Positions 14,201-27,900 of a stretch of DNA of 64,000 nt are shown in pieces. Source of the DNA: Macrostomum lignano (Eukaryota); the NCBI GenBank assembly GCA_002269645.1, contig NIVC01000366.1:310001-374000 (forward strand). The letters are read 5' to 3'. Within the stretch, counting starts at the first letter, position 1, and every line of letters starts with the position of its first letter. Under the pieces are notes generated by a model. It was not told the DNA's origin and did no database searches. It saw nothing but the letters and a program-made list of their open reading frames with translations. A program made the translations under genes and the position numbers.

Positions 14201-17200
14201 CGGATATAAACCTGTCTCTTCCGGTTTACAAGGGCTCAGGTTGTGCCTCATCTGAAAAGTTCACAGGGTAGATGATGTACATGTAGTGGCGTTCGCAAAG
14301 GATTGACAAGAGAGCGGCCTCCGAATTCTCTCACAAACATCTCGCTTCTCCAGGAACTACGGTGAAAACAGGCAACCAAGCTTGACCTATGACAGGAGCT
14401 CTAATTTTTCCGCGTCTTGGACTTGACATCCACCGGATTACGAAACAGGGGTAGGGGCGCTCATCTGAAGAGACAGGGGCCACGCACCTGAAGAGACAGG
14501 GACTATTTACCTGAAGAGACAGGGGCTATTTACCTGAAGAGACAGGGACTATTCACCTGAAGAGACAGGGACTATTTACCTGAAGAAACAGGGGCTATTT
14601 ACCTGAAGAGACAGGGGCGCCTACCTGAAGAGGCAGGGGAAATTCACCTGAAGAGACAGGGGCCACGTACCTGAAGAAACAGGGGCTATTTACCTGTAGA
14701 GACAGAGGCTATTTACCTGAAGAGACAGCCACAGGGGCTATTCACCTGAAGAGACAGGGACTATTCACCTGAAGAGACAGGGACTATTCACCTGAAGAGA
14801 CAGGGACTATTCACCTGAGGAGACAGGGCGCCCACCTGAAGAGACTCAACACTGCCCCACCAAGACGCCAAACACAGGCGCTCCTTAGGTTCCTGACGTC
14901 TGTAATGTGGACATGTTGCGTATCTTGTAGTACAGCTAGAGAGTATGCATTGCCTGATGCTGGGAATGACAGGGTGAACGTGCGTGCTCATCGACATCAC
15001 AGCTGCTTGTCTTGACTTACACTAGGAATATGGCAGTACACACAATACTTCTCCGGAGAACTAACTACTCATAGCAATAAGCACAGCCAGAAAGGTAGCC
15101 AGCAGCTTTCGTTGTCTCACCAGCAACTGCAGGCACTCGACGCTGTCCCTGCTACAGGCGAAATGCACCGGCAAGCAGCCCCTGTGTCCGGGTATGTCCG
15201 GTCTCAGTCTTGGACAGGCTAGCAGCTCGGCCAGGCATTGGTGCCGGTTGAGCTCGGCAACCAGGTGTAGCGGCGACATCCTGATCCGATGTGTCAGCAG
15301 GTTCGGATTGGCTCCCAGTGACAGCAGCTCCGCCACAGCGGCTGGTCGGTCTGCTTCCACGGCGACGTGAAGCGGCGTAACACCCTGCTTGTCCTGCTGG
15401 TCCGGGTCTAAGAGTAAGATTGGAGATCTGAGCGTGAGATTGGGGATCTAACAGTGAGATTGAAGATCTGAGAGTGAGATTGGAGATTTGAGAGTGAGAT
15501 TAGAGATCTAAGAGTGAGATAGGAGATCTGAGAGTGCGATTGGAGATCTGAGAGTGAGATTAAAGATCTGAAAGTGCGATTGGAAATCTGATAGGGAGAT
15601 TGGAGATCTGATAGGGAGATTGGAGATCTTGATAGTGAGATTAAAGATTGGAGATCTGAGAGTGAGATTGGAGATCTGATAGTGAAATTGGATATCTAAG
15701 AGTGAGATAAGAGATCTGAGGGTGAGATTGGAGATCTGCAAGTGAGACTGGTGATCTGAGAGTGAAATTTAAAAAAAAGAAATCCAGCATTCCAAGAAAT
15801 CCAGAGATTTGTCCATTCAGAGTGATTTAAAAGTCTGCAATCTGAGTCTGCTAGCTAATATTTTGATTAATCAGCGAGTGACCGCGGTCGAACGGAACCC
15901 GCTTACCGAGCTCCAGCCGTGTCAGCAGTCGAATCGCTACCACGAACCCCTGCCTGGCAGCGGAATGGAGCAGTGACTGGCCCTGCTTGTCAATCCGGTT
16001 GTAGGTGCACCGGGTGTCGATTGCACAGGCCGCTTCGAGTTCGGGTAACCTCCCGTCTTCTAGTAACTGCAGTTGATAAATTGTGACATTGTGACACTGT
16101 GAGACAGATACGTTATTATGCTACGTATATGTATAAGAGATATCTTTGAGACGTCATTACTGAAAAATCTGACACGCCATTCCTGAAGAACCTGAGACGT
16201 CATTCCTGAATAATTTGAGACGTCACTCCTGAAGAATCTGAGACGTCATTCCTGAATAATCTGAGACGTCATTCCTGAATAATTTGAGACGTCACTCCTG
16301 AATAATCAGAGACATCATTCCTGAAGAACCTGAGACATCATTCCTGAATAAGCTGAGACGTCATTCTTGAAGAACCTGAGACGTCATTCTTGAAGAACCT
16401 GAGACGTCATTCTTGAATAATCTGAGACGTCATTCCTGAAGAACCTGAGAAGTAATTCCTGAATAAGCTGAGACGTCATTCCTGAATAATCTGAGACGTC
16501 ATTCTTGAAGAACCTGAGACGTCATTCCTGAATAAGCTGAGACGTCATTCCTGAAGAATCTGAGACATCATTACTGAAGAATCGGAGACATCATTACTGA
16601 AGAATCGGAGACATCATTCCTGAAGAATCGGAGACATCATTACTGAAGAATCTGAGACATCATTCCTGAAGAATCGGAGACATCATTACTGAAGAATCTG
16701 AGACGTCATTCCTGAAGAATCTGAGACATCATTCCTGAATAATCTGAGACGTCATTCCTGAATAATCTGAGACGTCATTCCTGAAGAACCTGAGACATCA
16801 TTCCTGAATAATCTGAGACGTCATTCTTGAAGAACCTGAGACGTCATTCTTGAATAATCTGAGACGTCATTCCTGAATAAGCTGAGACGTCATTCCTGAA
16901 GAATCGGAGACATCATTACTGAAGAATCGGAGACATCATTCCTGAAGAATCGGAGACATCATTACTGAAGAACCTGAGACATCATTCCTGAATAATCGGA
17001 GACATCATTACTGAAGAATCTGAGACATCATTCCTGAAGAATCGGAGACATCATTACTGAAGAATCTGAGACGTCATTCCTGAAGAATCTGAGACATCAT
17101 TCCTGAATAATCTGAGACGTCATTCCTGAATAATCTGAGACGTCATTCCTGAATAAGCTGAGACGTCATTCCTGAAGAATCGGAGACATCATTACTGAAG

Positions 17201-18650
17201 AATCGGAGACATCATTCCTGAAGAATCGGAGACATCATTACTGAAGAACCTGAGACATCATTCCTGAATAATCGGAGACATCATTACTGAAGAATCTGAG
17301 ACATCATTCCTGAAGAATCGGAGACATCATTACTGAAGAATCTGAGACGTCATTCCTGAAGAATCTGAGACATCATTCCTGAATAATCTGAGACGTCATT
17401 CCTGAATAATCTGAGACGTCATTCCTGAAGAACCTGAGACATCATTCCTGAATAATCTGAGACGTCATTCTTGAAGAACCTGAGACGTCATTCTTGAATA
17501 ATCTGAGACGTCATTCCTGAATAAGCTGAGACGTCATTCCTGAAGAATCGGAGACATCATTACTGAAGAATCGGAGACATCATTCCTGAAGAATCGGAGA
17601 CATCATTACTGAAGAACCTGAGACATCATTCCTGAATAATCTGAGACATCATTACTGAAGAATCTGAGACATCATTCCTGAATAATCTGAGACATCATTC
17701 CTGAATAATCTGAGACGTCATTCCTGAAGAATCTGAGACATCATTCCTGAATAATCTGAGACGTCATTCCTGAATAATCTGAGACGTCATTCCTGAAGAA
17801 CCTGAGACATCATTCCTGAATAATCTGAGACGTCATTCCTGAAGAACCTGAGACATCATTCCTGAATAATCTCAGACGTCATTCCTGAATAATCTGAGAC
17901 GTCATTCCTGAAGAACCTGAGACATCATTCCTGAATAAGCTGAGACGTCACTCCTGAATAATCTGAGACGTCATTCTTGAAGAAGCTGAGACGTCACTCC
18001 TGAATAATCTGAGACGTCATTCCTAAAGAACTAAGACATCATTCCTGAAGAACCTGAGAAGTAATTCCTGAATAATCTGAGACGTCATTCCTGAATAATC
18101 TGAGACGTCATTCCTGAATAATCTGAGACGTCATTCCTGAATAATCTGAGACGTCATTCCTGAAGAATCTGAGACATCATTACTGAAGAATCGGAGACAT
18201 CATTACTGAAGAATCGGAGACATCATTCCTGAAGAATCGGAGACATCATTACTGAAGAATCGGAGACATCATTCCTGAAGAATCTGAGACATCATTACTG
18301 AAGAATCTGAGACATCATTCCTTAAGAATCTGAGACATCATTCCTGAAGACAGTTTTGCGTGTCGTGTTATTTTGTAATTTACATGATGTAAAACGAAGG
18401 TCCAAAGCAATCAGAAAAATATATAATCCACCTGCTGATAATCGAACTCGCTAGTTGTCTCGTCGAATGCCACCTCCTGTACAGCAGAATGTTCAATGGC
18501 GGTCACAGCCGCCTCTCTAGCCAAACGTCGGCGCCTTTGAAAATGCTGTTTGATCTTGCCGCCACTGCTTAGCATGGCCTTATTAGCTGGTATGGTGCTC
18601 GTAGAATCGAAGCTACCAGTTCCAGCAGCTCTCACTCTGAGCTTGTCCAT
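528..18650 (-). CDS. TRPA1: TRPA1-like ankyrin-repeat cation channel (3'-partial; continues left of the window)
   Basis: GT-AG exons in transcript order: 18650-18432 (MDKLRVR...; the 3' end could instead be 18474), 16066-15907, 15407-15121, 14251-14053, 12527-12327, 11537-11215, 10502-10388, 9699-9451, 9213-9175, 8906-8808, 8691-8621, 5823-5685, 5603-5511, 697-528. They encode serial ankyrin repeats (GVTPLHVAVE, GSTPLHYAAKKG, APIHYAARYGR, KTPLHYAAEQG), the linker (KWPVFETIRRMPEC..LLDRC), pre-S1 (LLIHPVVENYLQMKW), S1, S2 (VFCIVNWIKELMQL) and S3-S4 (AVFLAWFNFLLFFQR), collinear with TRPA1. All phases join except 14053/12527 (see findings). Confidence 0.92.
790..5455. repeat. 20-bp satellite, variants TGGTAATGATTCTAATAAAC / AGGTAATGATTTTAATCAAC
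   Basis: Array of about 4.6 kb with degenerate edges that fills the TRPA1 intron between exons 5511 and 697. Confidence 0.97.
5940..8200. repeat. 15-bp minisatellite (TAGGATGACCTTCTG)n, about 150 units
   Basis: Highly homogeneous array and the source of the RSSYR/MTFCR/QKVIL ORFs. Confidence 0.98.
9020..9135 (-). mobile_element. tRNA-derived SINE-like fragment
   Basis: The minus strand reads GGGGGTTGTAGCCTTGAGGTTAGAGCGTCGGATTCGCGACTGAAAGGTCGGGGGTTCGATTC. It has a box A-like TAGCCTTGAGG and a box B GGTTCGATTC. The acceptor stem does not close, so it is not called a tRNA gene. Confidence 0.55.
10660..11057. mobile_element. Foldback/MITE-like element in a TRPA1 intron
   Basis: Arms GAAAAATACACTACGGAGATAG...CAGCACAAAAA...GGAGGCA at ~10664-10740 are inverted at ~10978-11053. 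Inner inverted segments (TTTTATGA..TTTTGTCAT / ATGACAAAAT..TCATAAAA) centre near 10850. The outer termini and TSD are unresolved. Confidence 0.7.
11183..11214. repeat. (CA)n microsatellite starting at a splice donor
   Basis: On the minus strand AG|GTGTGTGT..., so the donor GT is the first repeat unit. Confidence 0.9.
11680..12190. repeat. G-rich ~23-bp minisatellite (GGGTAGGGTTGCAGGGACCCAAA)
   Basis: Tandem units with GGG tracts (G-quadruplex potential) in a TRPA1 intron. Confidence 0.9.
12675..13495. repeat. 31-bp minisatellite (GTAACTGTCTATTTGCARTGGAGTGTTGTTG)
   Basis: About 26 direct repeats. Confidence 0.95.
13521..13950. repeat. 14-bp minisatellite (CTCTAGACACTGGA)n
   Basis: About 30 near-perfect units. 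Confidence 0.95.
14462..14845. repeat. 23-bp minisatellite (CACCTGAAGAGACAGGGACTATT-type)
   Basis: Tandem units whose core is the reverse complement of the 63-64 kb array. Confidence 0.9.
15412..15770. repeat. Degenerate 18-bp repeat (GAGTGAGATTGGAGATCT)
   Basis: Tandem units abutting the acceptor of TRPA1 exon 15407. Confidence 0.85.
16147..18350. repeat. 23-bp minisatellite (CTGAGACGTCATTCCTGAATAAT variants)
   Basis: Array of about 2.2 kb filling TRPA1 intron 1. Confidence 0.95.
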
Positions 18651-20180
18651 GTCCACGCTAATCGCTACCTGATAGACCTAGCGGACTGCAGGTCTCAGCT
18701 CCCGTATTTATAGAGCTTTTAGCAGGATTGCTTGCCGCCATCCGACCAAATATGGATCATCGATTTCTAGTCGGGGGCGGAAAAATCCAATCAAAGTGTC
18801 ACACCTTGGCCTGCAAGCCAGTCCTGTTTAATCTCTGATAAGAATGGAGAGACTTGGCGGGCATGAAATATGAGCTATACCTCCAGATGGCGAAGTTTTG
18901 TTGACCTTGCTAGGTGAGCGGGTGCTCGGGATTAGCGAATTTTTTATTGCCAATAAGAGTTGATTGGCGATTAGTCGTTGTAACTACTCGATAATTGAAC
19001 ATGACAGGTATTGTTTGCTCAAATGCGATTGCTTCCAGCTTCTGCTAATCCTATAATTAGTTATCGAAAGGTCACGAGAAGGCAAAGTGAATTGCATAAA
19101 TCAGCATTTTTTCCTATCTGCAGAGCTTGTTTCGTGACTGATTAGGGAACTTGCTTTTAATCAAAAGATTATAACACTTGTACTATTCATGAACTTTTAC
19201 CAATTCGAACTGGCTGTCAGTGGAGACGTTAAAAACCAAAAACCATTGCATGACAGCATGAGTGACATCATTGCAGAGGGGTTTCAGAGCACGGAAAAAA
19301 CGTTAAAGCAAAGCAAGGAAAGGTGAGTTTATACCCAAAAGTGAGCACGAATAACGCAATAGATTGTACTCGAGCACACTAAATAATGACTGCCGGTCAA
19401 AAAAGTATTTCGAATAAATCTTTACGTACGCAGGATAGTTACTCGTAATTAGATAGCAGATTTACGGTGGTACTCAGGTGCAATGCGTAATTAAAATGGC
19501 ACTACCAGGTAAAGGACTAATAAAAAAGTGATTAATTTTGGAAGAAGAGAAATAAGACGAGTTGGAGTTGTCAGCAATAATTGAGTCGCAATGGTAGATT
19601 CTATAGTATGGTGCGGAGTTGTAGAGTGACCAAAACACGGGTCTTTATCGATTTTTTTCTATTAAACACACTTTTGAGCGGCCTCTAAAATTTGATTTGA
19701 TTGGACGAGAGATGGGGTGGGTGAGCTAATTGGTCACTCGGGCAGAGAGTATGATGTACATTGATTAGGCTTGGCGAGGGACACTTGAACTGACAATCCG
19801 ATAAGATAGCTCGTATAATAGGCGATTTTTAATTAGTTTAATAAAATAAGAGCAGTATGCCTGCCTTATCAATTGGAAATATCTGTTGGAGTCACTGTAT
19901 GGTGTAATAATGGCCGTTTTGACTTTTTAGTGTGTCCGGGGTAAAAGCTCTTTACAATGACCGTCTTCCTGGGGATATGACGAGAGAAATCATTACGAAA
20001 CTTCACGTGAAAGCTGAGAAAGCCGGTTTAAATTTAACCGTGTTTTTTTCCAGCTATCAGCAGTTAGAAGTTGATGCAGCTATAGCATTGTATAAAACAA
20101 ACAATAGGCCTAGAAATTGAAACGAGAAAAAAATGGCATAAGAGTGACAGTAACGGTAAGGCAACAACAGCAGCAGCAGG

Positions 20181-23100
20181 TCAGTCCGTGTCATCCGGAG
20201 CCGCCAGAAGACTGATGAGCAGCACAGCCAGCCCGGTGTTAATGATGAACACAAACAGCAGCAGAAGGTGCTCCTTGCACCAGTCCTGTCGGCGGGAGAC
20301 AATCATATAAAGGTGAGATTCAGTGAAGGTCAGCGAAAAAATAGACATCAACTTCTATGATATAATAGTATTAATAATAATAGAAAATTTCAGAAGAACT
20401 GAGAAAAACTTTGCATGGTCAGCACTGAGGCACAGGGTACACAGCTCACACAGGGTACACAGCTCACACAGGGTGTACAGCTCACACAGGGTGTACAGCT
20501 CACACAGGGTGTACAGCTCACACAGGGTGCACAGCTCACACAGGGTGCACAGCTCACACAGGGTGTACAGCTCACACAGAGTGTACATCTCACACAGGGT
20601 GTACAGCTGACACAGGGTATACAGCTCACACAGGGTGTACAGCTCACACAGGGTGTACAGCGGCCTCGACTTTCTAATCTTCAGAGCATGTACACTCTCT
20701 GTGCCTAGGGGGTGTCTTCATGGCTGTGAATCGCACTGACAATTCCGTGCTAACTTCTTGGACAAAAAGTTGAGGGTAGAAATGACAGAGATAGTACGTT
20801 ACTTAGTAAGTAGTAGAAATCATTTTTTAAACTAATAGAACTTTTAGAACTTTTAGAAGATACATGTTGGGCAACAAGCATATTATACACGTGTATATAT
20901 TGCTACACTTGGACACCACCGAAGTTAAACACAAAATAACAGCAATTATTTCCGTTACCAAACTGCAGTTTATGCTGAAACTGTTCTCCTGAGTCGTACA
21001 GTTAGAAAAATTCAAACTTCAGGGTTTACCTGAGCACCAGATGACCACCGATGAATGTTAAGCATTACTCGACTGAGAACAGTCTCAACAATTAGTTGAC
21101 CTGCCAGCTTCATTACTTGTTCAAGTTGTTCAAATCGCTGCTCTTCGTTGTACTCAAATTCTAAGGGAGCCTCCTGGGAGGGCCGGGCCATTTAGGTTGT
21201 TTAGTGTTGGTTTCAGTGTGCACTTTTAGCATATTGGTTATAAGTTGGATATTCAGGGAAAATGTGGCAATGGTCGAGCCGCATTGTGCATTGACCGCTG
21301 AACTCACAGTGAATCGCACGAACAAATGCCTACTCATGCCTACTCTACGAGCTACTCGAGGTCCGGTATGAAATACCCCACTTAATTATCTGAAACAGAT
21401 CGACTTTCGCTAAACGCGTCGGACAAATTGACCAATTACGAATGAAGCAATCAGAATAATGCAGAACAACCCATTACTACAAAAAATGCATTGTCTGTAG
21501 GATCGTCAAGCAGCATAACAATGCAAAGAATCAGCGGTCGCAGCACGTGACAACGATTTGTCTATGGCTCGCGCCTACCGGCGCTCGCCAGACAATCGTT
21601 GTCACGCACTGGGACCGCTGATTATTTATCCATTGTGGCGCCGCAGGCACTCATTTTGTCTATGGCCAGACCCCATTTAATGCTGCTCATTAAAGCAACT
21701 CTGTGCGAAATCTAGTTCCATTTAAAAAGCTCTAATTAACGTTACCACTCTACATTTATTAGTATACTATTTTCATGACAAACTTGTGAGCGCAACGCCC
21801 TGACTTTGTTGTTCATATGGCAGCTCACAGATTCAAACTCCAGGTAGCTACACCTGTAGCTACATGTACGAGCAAAGAACCACTAGAAGTTGTCGTTGCA
21901 TCACCGTCAACCAATATTTTGGATCTGCGATAGTTACGAGTGTTAGCTCGTACATCCTGACACAACAGCAGAACAGCTTTGGGGCGTTCTCACCTTGAGA
22001 TCCGCCAGCCTAATGATAATCTCGCCCTGGCGTCGCCTCTCCTCCAGTCTCAGAAGCTCAAGTCGTCTTGCCTCGCTCAAACGCGACACTTCCTCGCGCG
22101 ACATCATTCCGTGACGCTGAATCTGCTGGCAGACTGTGACGTCTGGTAGGCTGCCTTCGCCGAGGTCCTTAGCCAGTTGGGCCTGCGATTCAATGCGGTA
22201 CTGCCGAGGCAGCGGCTGCTGCAGCTGCTGATGCTGCTGCTGCTGCCTCCGGTTACCGGACTCGAGCTGGACTCGCTTTCGAATGCCGTTCTCAATGATG
22301 TAGGAGAAGTCTGTGTCTTTTAGATTTTCGACGCTGAAAGTTCAACGATGTCTTTGGTGAGCAACGGATGGGAGAAAATTATTAACTGAGCAGCTAACCC
22401 AGTTTTTTGGGTCAGCAGCCCTCCCCATCAAAATTTCTACTGTCAACAGGTAGCTACAATGTCCATCCTTGATACCCTGTAGCTATTCGTTCTTTCGAAT
22501 ATAGACAATATCTATTGCCAATTGTTTTGTACTTTATTCGTTTCACAAACGGTAAAATTGCTAACTAAATGCGAATAGTTCATGTCTGCGTCAAGCACAG
22601 AAAGGCTTGGCGAAAGAGGAACAGGCAGGGGAGAGAGAGGGGAGAACCAGCAGAGACATTTCTGCAATTTTCCCTCTTCCTGGCTACACTCTCTCACTCT
22701 CTCTTCCCCTCAGTGATATTTGCATCCGTTGTTACCTAAAAAGGTACTGGACGAACGCAGAATGCCAATGGCATGCCAGTGTTTAAGCGCGGGGCTTCCT
22801 TTTCCCAATTCTCTATGAAGCGATTCCAAAACCTCCGTCTCGCTTGATCCCTTGATTTCTCTAAAGGATCCTGTTTTGGGGGCAGCTCTGAGTGGGCGCG
22901 CGACATACGAGCTTGTCTTTGTTTTTGTATCGTGAAATCAACACTTTTAAGAAGTTTTACCTATCTTTGACGCCTATTAATTTTAATTTGAAGCCTTTGT
23001 CCCGACATTGGCTCCCCTTATCCCGACATTGGCTCCACTTATCCCTACATTGGCGCCCCTTATTCGGACATTGGTGCCCCTTATTCCGACATTGGCTCCC

Positions 23101-24916
23101 CTTATCCCAAAATTGGCGCCCTTATCCCGACATTGGCGCCCCTTATCCCGACATTGGCGCCCGAATCCCGGCATTGGCGCCCGAATCCCGACATTGGCGC
23201 CCCTTATCCCGATATTGGCTCCCCTTATCCCGACATTGGCGCCCGAATCCCGACATTGGCGCCCGAATCCCGACATTGGCGCCCGAATCCCGACATTGGC
23301 GCCCGAATCCCGACATTGGCGCCCGAATCCCGACATTGGCGCCCCTTATTCGGACATTGGCGCCCGAATCCCGACATTGGCGCCCCTTATCCCGACATTG
23401 GCGCCCGAATCACGACATTGGCGCCCGAATCCCGATATTAGCGCCCGAATCCCGACATTGGCGCCCCTTATTCGGACATTGGCGCCCGAATCCCGACTTT
23501 GGCGCCCCTTATCCCGACATTGGCGCCCGAATCACGACATTGGCGCCCGAATCCCGATATTGGCGCCCGAATCCCGACATTAACGCCCCTATCCACCAAC
23601 CTCTTCGTCATGTCGTCTATCGCAACCGATTGCGCAGCGGCCGCGCCGACTGACGCCGGCTTAACGGGCGGCGCGCTCAGCAGCGACGGCATCGTGCGTC
23701 GACGACTACGCGACAGCGAGGAGCCTCCGGCGCTGCCGCTGGTGGCTTCGCTCAGGCCGCTGTCAGAGTCGCCGCCGCCTGCCGGCCCAGTTGCGCCCCC
23801 GTTTCCTCGACTGTTGGCGTCAATTGAGTAGTCGTCTCTGCCCAGGCCGCTGTCCCGCTTGCGGCTGGAGGCTGGCAGAACCGACCTGTTTGTGGTGTTG
23901 AGTTAGGGTCGGGGTTCGTTCACGGTTAAGGGCCTGGTGTAGGGTTTGATATAAAGGTATCGATTGAAGGTCAGGTAGGTCATAGCTATTTGGTTATAAT
24001 GTGTCACGTTGAGTTAGTGAGGGTCAGGTTGAGTCAGTGAGGGTCAGGTTGAGTCAGTGAGGGTCAGGTTGAATCAGTGAGGGTCAGGTTGAATCAGTGA
24101 GGGTCAGGTTGAGTCAGTGAGAGTCAGGTTGAGTCAGTGAGGGTCAGTGAGGGTCATTGAGTCAGAGAGGGTCAGAATAAGTCAGTGAGGGTCAGATTGA
24201 GTCAGTGAGGGTCAGGTTGAGTCAGTGAGGGTCAGGTTGAATCAGTGAAAGTCAGGTTGAGTCAGTGAAAGTCAGGTCGAGTCAGTGAGGGTCAGGTTGA
24301 GTAATTTAGGGTCATGTTGAGTCAGTGAGGGTCAGGTTGAGTCAGTGAGGGTCAGGTTGAGTCAGTGAGGGTCAGGTTGAATCAGTGAAAGTCAGGTTGA
24401 GTCAGTGAAAGTCAGGTTGAGTCAGTGAGGGTCAGGTTGAGTAATTTAGGGTCATGTTGAGTCAGTGAGGGTCAGGTTGAGTCAGTGAGGGTCAGGTTGA
24501 ATCAGTGAAAGTCAGGTTGAGTCAGTGAGGGTCAGGTTGAGTAATTTAGGGTCATGTTGAGTCAGTGAGGGTCAGGTTGAGTCAGTGAGGCTCAGGTTGA
24601 GTCAGTGAGTGAGGAACGGATAAAGTCCTGAGCAGCACCCACCGGTACTGATCGAAGTGATCACTGCTCGACACATTACTCAGTGCGCTAGTCAGCGGCT
24701 CAATGTGAGAAGCCAGCATCTGCTGCTGCTGCTGCGTCAGAAGCTGATGCTGGCTTGGGTTGCCGTGCATACCACGGCGGGTCTGAAGCCCTACGGCCGA
24801 GGCAGCGGCCGAGGCAGCCGCCGCCGGTGCGGCGTGCAGCTTTGTGATGGTCTCCGCCACAGTGACAGGCGGAGCGGTTGATGACGCTGAAGCAGGAAAT
24901 GCTGGCTGCTGCTGCT

Positions 24917-24959
<43 letters not shown>

Positions 24960-27900
24960 ATGGTTGGGCTGCGGCGTTGGCGGCTGCTGGCGAATCTCCG
25001 GTCTTTCGCCGCCGCCGCCGCCTCCGACGCTACCGCGACGCACAGCTCTGAAGCTGCCGCGACGGCTGCCACCGCCGCCAACTTGCAGGGTGCCGTCGAC
25101 TTGCAGTGAATTGCCGCTTGAAACGCCGCCGCCACTACCGCCTCTTGATGGAATCTCCTCCGTCATGCCCCGTCTCGCCTGCCTGCCGCCCATGCCACCG
25201 CCGCCGCCGTTGCCGCCGCCGCCTCCGGTGGTCAGCGTCAGCGTGTTGAACACGTCGGACTCCATGCGTCGTTTTAAGAACTCAACCCCTGCCGGATACG
25301 GTTAGATAAGGTCAGGGGTCAGTTAGGGTCATTTAAGGTCAGTTACGGTCTGTTTCGGTCAATTTGGGTCATCTAGGGTCAGATAGGTCAGGTAGGGTCA
25401 GTTTGGGTCCGTTAGGGTCAATTAGGGTTAGCTAGGGTCAGCTAGGGTCATTTAGGGTCAGGTTGGGTCACGTTGAGTCACATTGGGTCAGGTTGGATCA
25501 TGTAGGGTCAGGTTGGGTCAGGTTGGGTCAGGTTGGATCAGGTTGGGTCAGGTTGGGTCATGTAGGGTCAGGTTGGGTCAGGTTGGGTCAGGTTGGATCA
25601 GGTTGGGTCAGGTTGGGTCATGTAGGGTCAGGTTGGGTCAGGTAAAGTCAGGTATGCTCAGATAGGGTCAGGTAGGGTCAAGTAGGGTCAGGTAGGGTCA
25701 AGTAGGGTCATGTAGGGTCAAGTAGGGTCATGTAGGGTCATGTAGGGTCCGGTTGGGTCATGTAGGGTCGGGTTGGGTCAAGTTGGGCCAGGTTGGGTCA
25801 GGTTGGGTCAGGTTGGGTCGGTTAGGGTGGGTTAGGGTCGGTTAGGGTCAGGTAGCCTCAGCTTGGCTTATTGTAAAATAATTACTTGAGAGCTGTCAGA
25901 AACCTCCCCATCCAGCAATTTTCTCACCTGGCTGATGGAAATCTGGCGCGTATTCTTTGGCCAGCTTCCTCGCCATCTCCGCATCTTGGCGAGCCTTCTC
26001 AGCCGCTGTGCAAGCTAAATCTGCTTTCTGACGGCTTGCCTGCTGCCTGCAGAGGTGAGGTGGAGAGACCAGCTCAGGTCATCGCACTCCATCTGGTCAT
26101 ACACTCACCTGGTCATCGCACTCCATCTGGTCATACACTCACCTGGTCATCGCACTCCATCTGGTCATACACTCACCTGGTCATCGCACTCTATCTAGTC
26201 ATACACTCACCTGGTCATCGCACTCTATCTGGTCATCCACTCACCTGGTCATCGCACTCCATCTGGTCATACACACCAGGTCATCGCACTCTATCTAGTC
26301 ATACACTCACCTGGTCATCGCACTCTATCTAGTCATACACTCACCTGGTCATCGCACTCTACCTGGTCATACACTCACCTGGTCATCGCACTCTACCTGG
26401 TCATGCACTTACCTGGTCATCGCACTCCATCTGGTCATACACTCACCTGATCATGGCATTCTCGGCCTTCTTCACCGCTTCCGCCCGAGCATTTCTCGCT
26501 TCCCTAACCGCCGTCTCGACCCGTTCTCGAAGCCTCGAACTCTTTATTAGGAACAACTTGCTTCGTTTGGCTGTATTGGCAACCAGCAGGTTCTGTTTGT
26601 ACTTTCCGGACTCAACGGAGCCGTCAGGGAAAGTGGTCGCCCCGTAGCCGTGCTTCTTGTTGCCGTCCCATTCGCCTTCGTATTTGAGGCCGTCGCTTCT
26701 TTCGGCAACTCCTAAACCGGCGCGTTTGTCCTGCTTCCAGTCACCTGCGAACATTTTCAGTTAGCTTCCGGTTATTTTGGTGAACTAGCTTCCGGTTATT
26801 TTGGTGAACTAGCTTCCGGTTATTTTGGTGAACTAGCTTCCGGTTGTTTTAGTGAATTAGCTTCCGGTTTTTTTAGTGAATTAGCTTCCGGTTTTTTTAG
26901 TGAATTAGCTTACGGTTATTTTGGTGAACTAGCTTCCGGTTATTTTAGTGAATTTGCTTTTGGTTACTTTGGTGAAAGTAGCTTCCGGTTATTTTGGTGA
27001 ACTAGCTTCCGGTTATTTTGGTGAACTAGCTTCCGGTTATTTTGGTGAACTAGCTTCCAACTAGGTTCTAGGTTCTAGGTCCTAGCTTCTAACTAGGTTA
27101 TTTTAGTGTTGATTAAATCTCCAAACAAACCGAAATAAGCTTCTGTAGTTGCCGGGTCGACAATTTCTTCGAAATAGTCGGCCGCCGCAAGCGACGAATG
27201 GTCGGTGGCCACGCTGCTCTGCATGCTGTAGGCCGACCTCATCGACCCGGCATAACGGCCTGGCGACCTGCGCTGATCGGAAACGTCCCCGGCTGACCTC
27301 TGGCGTCGGAGCTTGTTCATCAGTGTCCTTGTCAAGCTCCGTTTGCCCGAGGCCGTCGCAGCCGTCGACCCAGCCGCTCCGGAAGTTGTCCCGGCGTCGA
27401 TTACGCGGCCTCGTAGGACAAATCCGCCTCGGGATTCGTCGAGACGTCGAGCGGCCGCAGCGGCGGCGGCGGCGGCCGAATCGGCGCCAATCGCTGCCCC
27501 GGTGCTGCCGCCGGCACCACCGCCGGTGCCGTCCTCGTCCTGGGAGCGCAGGGATGTCAGCGATTCGCGCAGCCGCCGTTCGTCCTTGTAGTGAGCGGCC
27601 AAGCCGTAGGAGACCGACTGCCGGATGCCCAGGCCGTGCCGGGTGCCGTGAAACCAGCAGCCGGAGTAAGTGCCTGAGCGGTGAGGAGACAGTAGGTCAC
27701 ATGGAGAGTCAGTAGGTCACATGGAGAGTCAGTAGGTCACATGCGAAAGTCAGTAGGTCACATGGAGAGTCAGTAGGTCACATGGAGAGTCAGTAGGTCA
27801 CATGGAGAGTCAGTAGGTCACATGCGAGAGTCAGTAGGTCACATGTGAGAGTCAGTAGGTCACATGGAGAGTCAGTAGTACACATGTGAGAGTCAGTAGG

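Noticed and set aside
20323-23653. TQGVQL and DIGARIP repeat ORFs resembling ice-binding or pentapeptide proteins
   Set aside because: Intronic 18-20 bp minisatellites of junctophilin, read in several frames.
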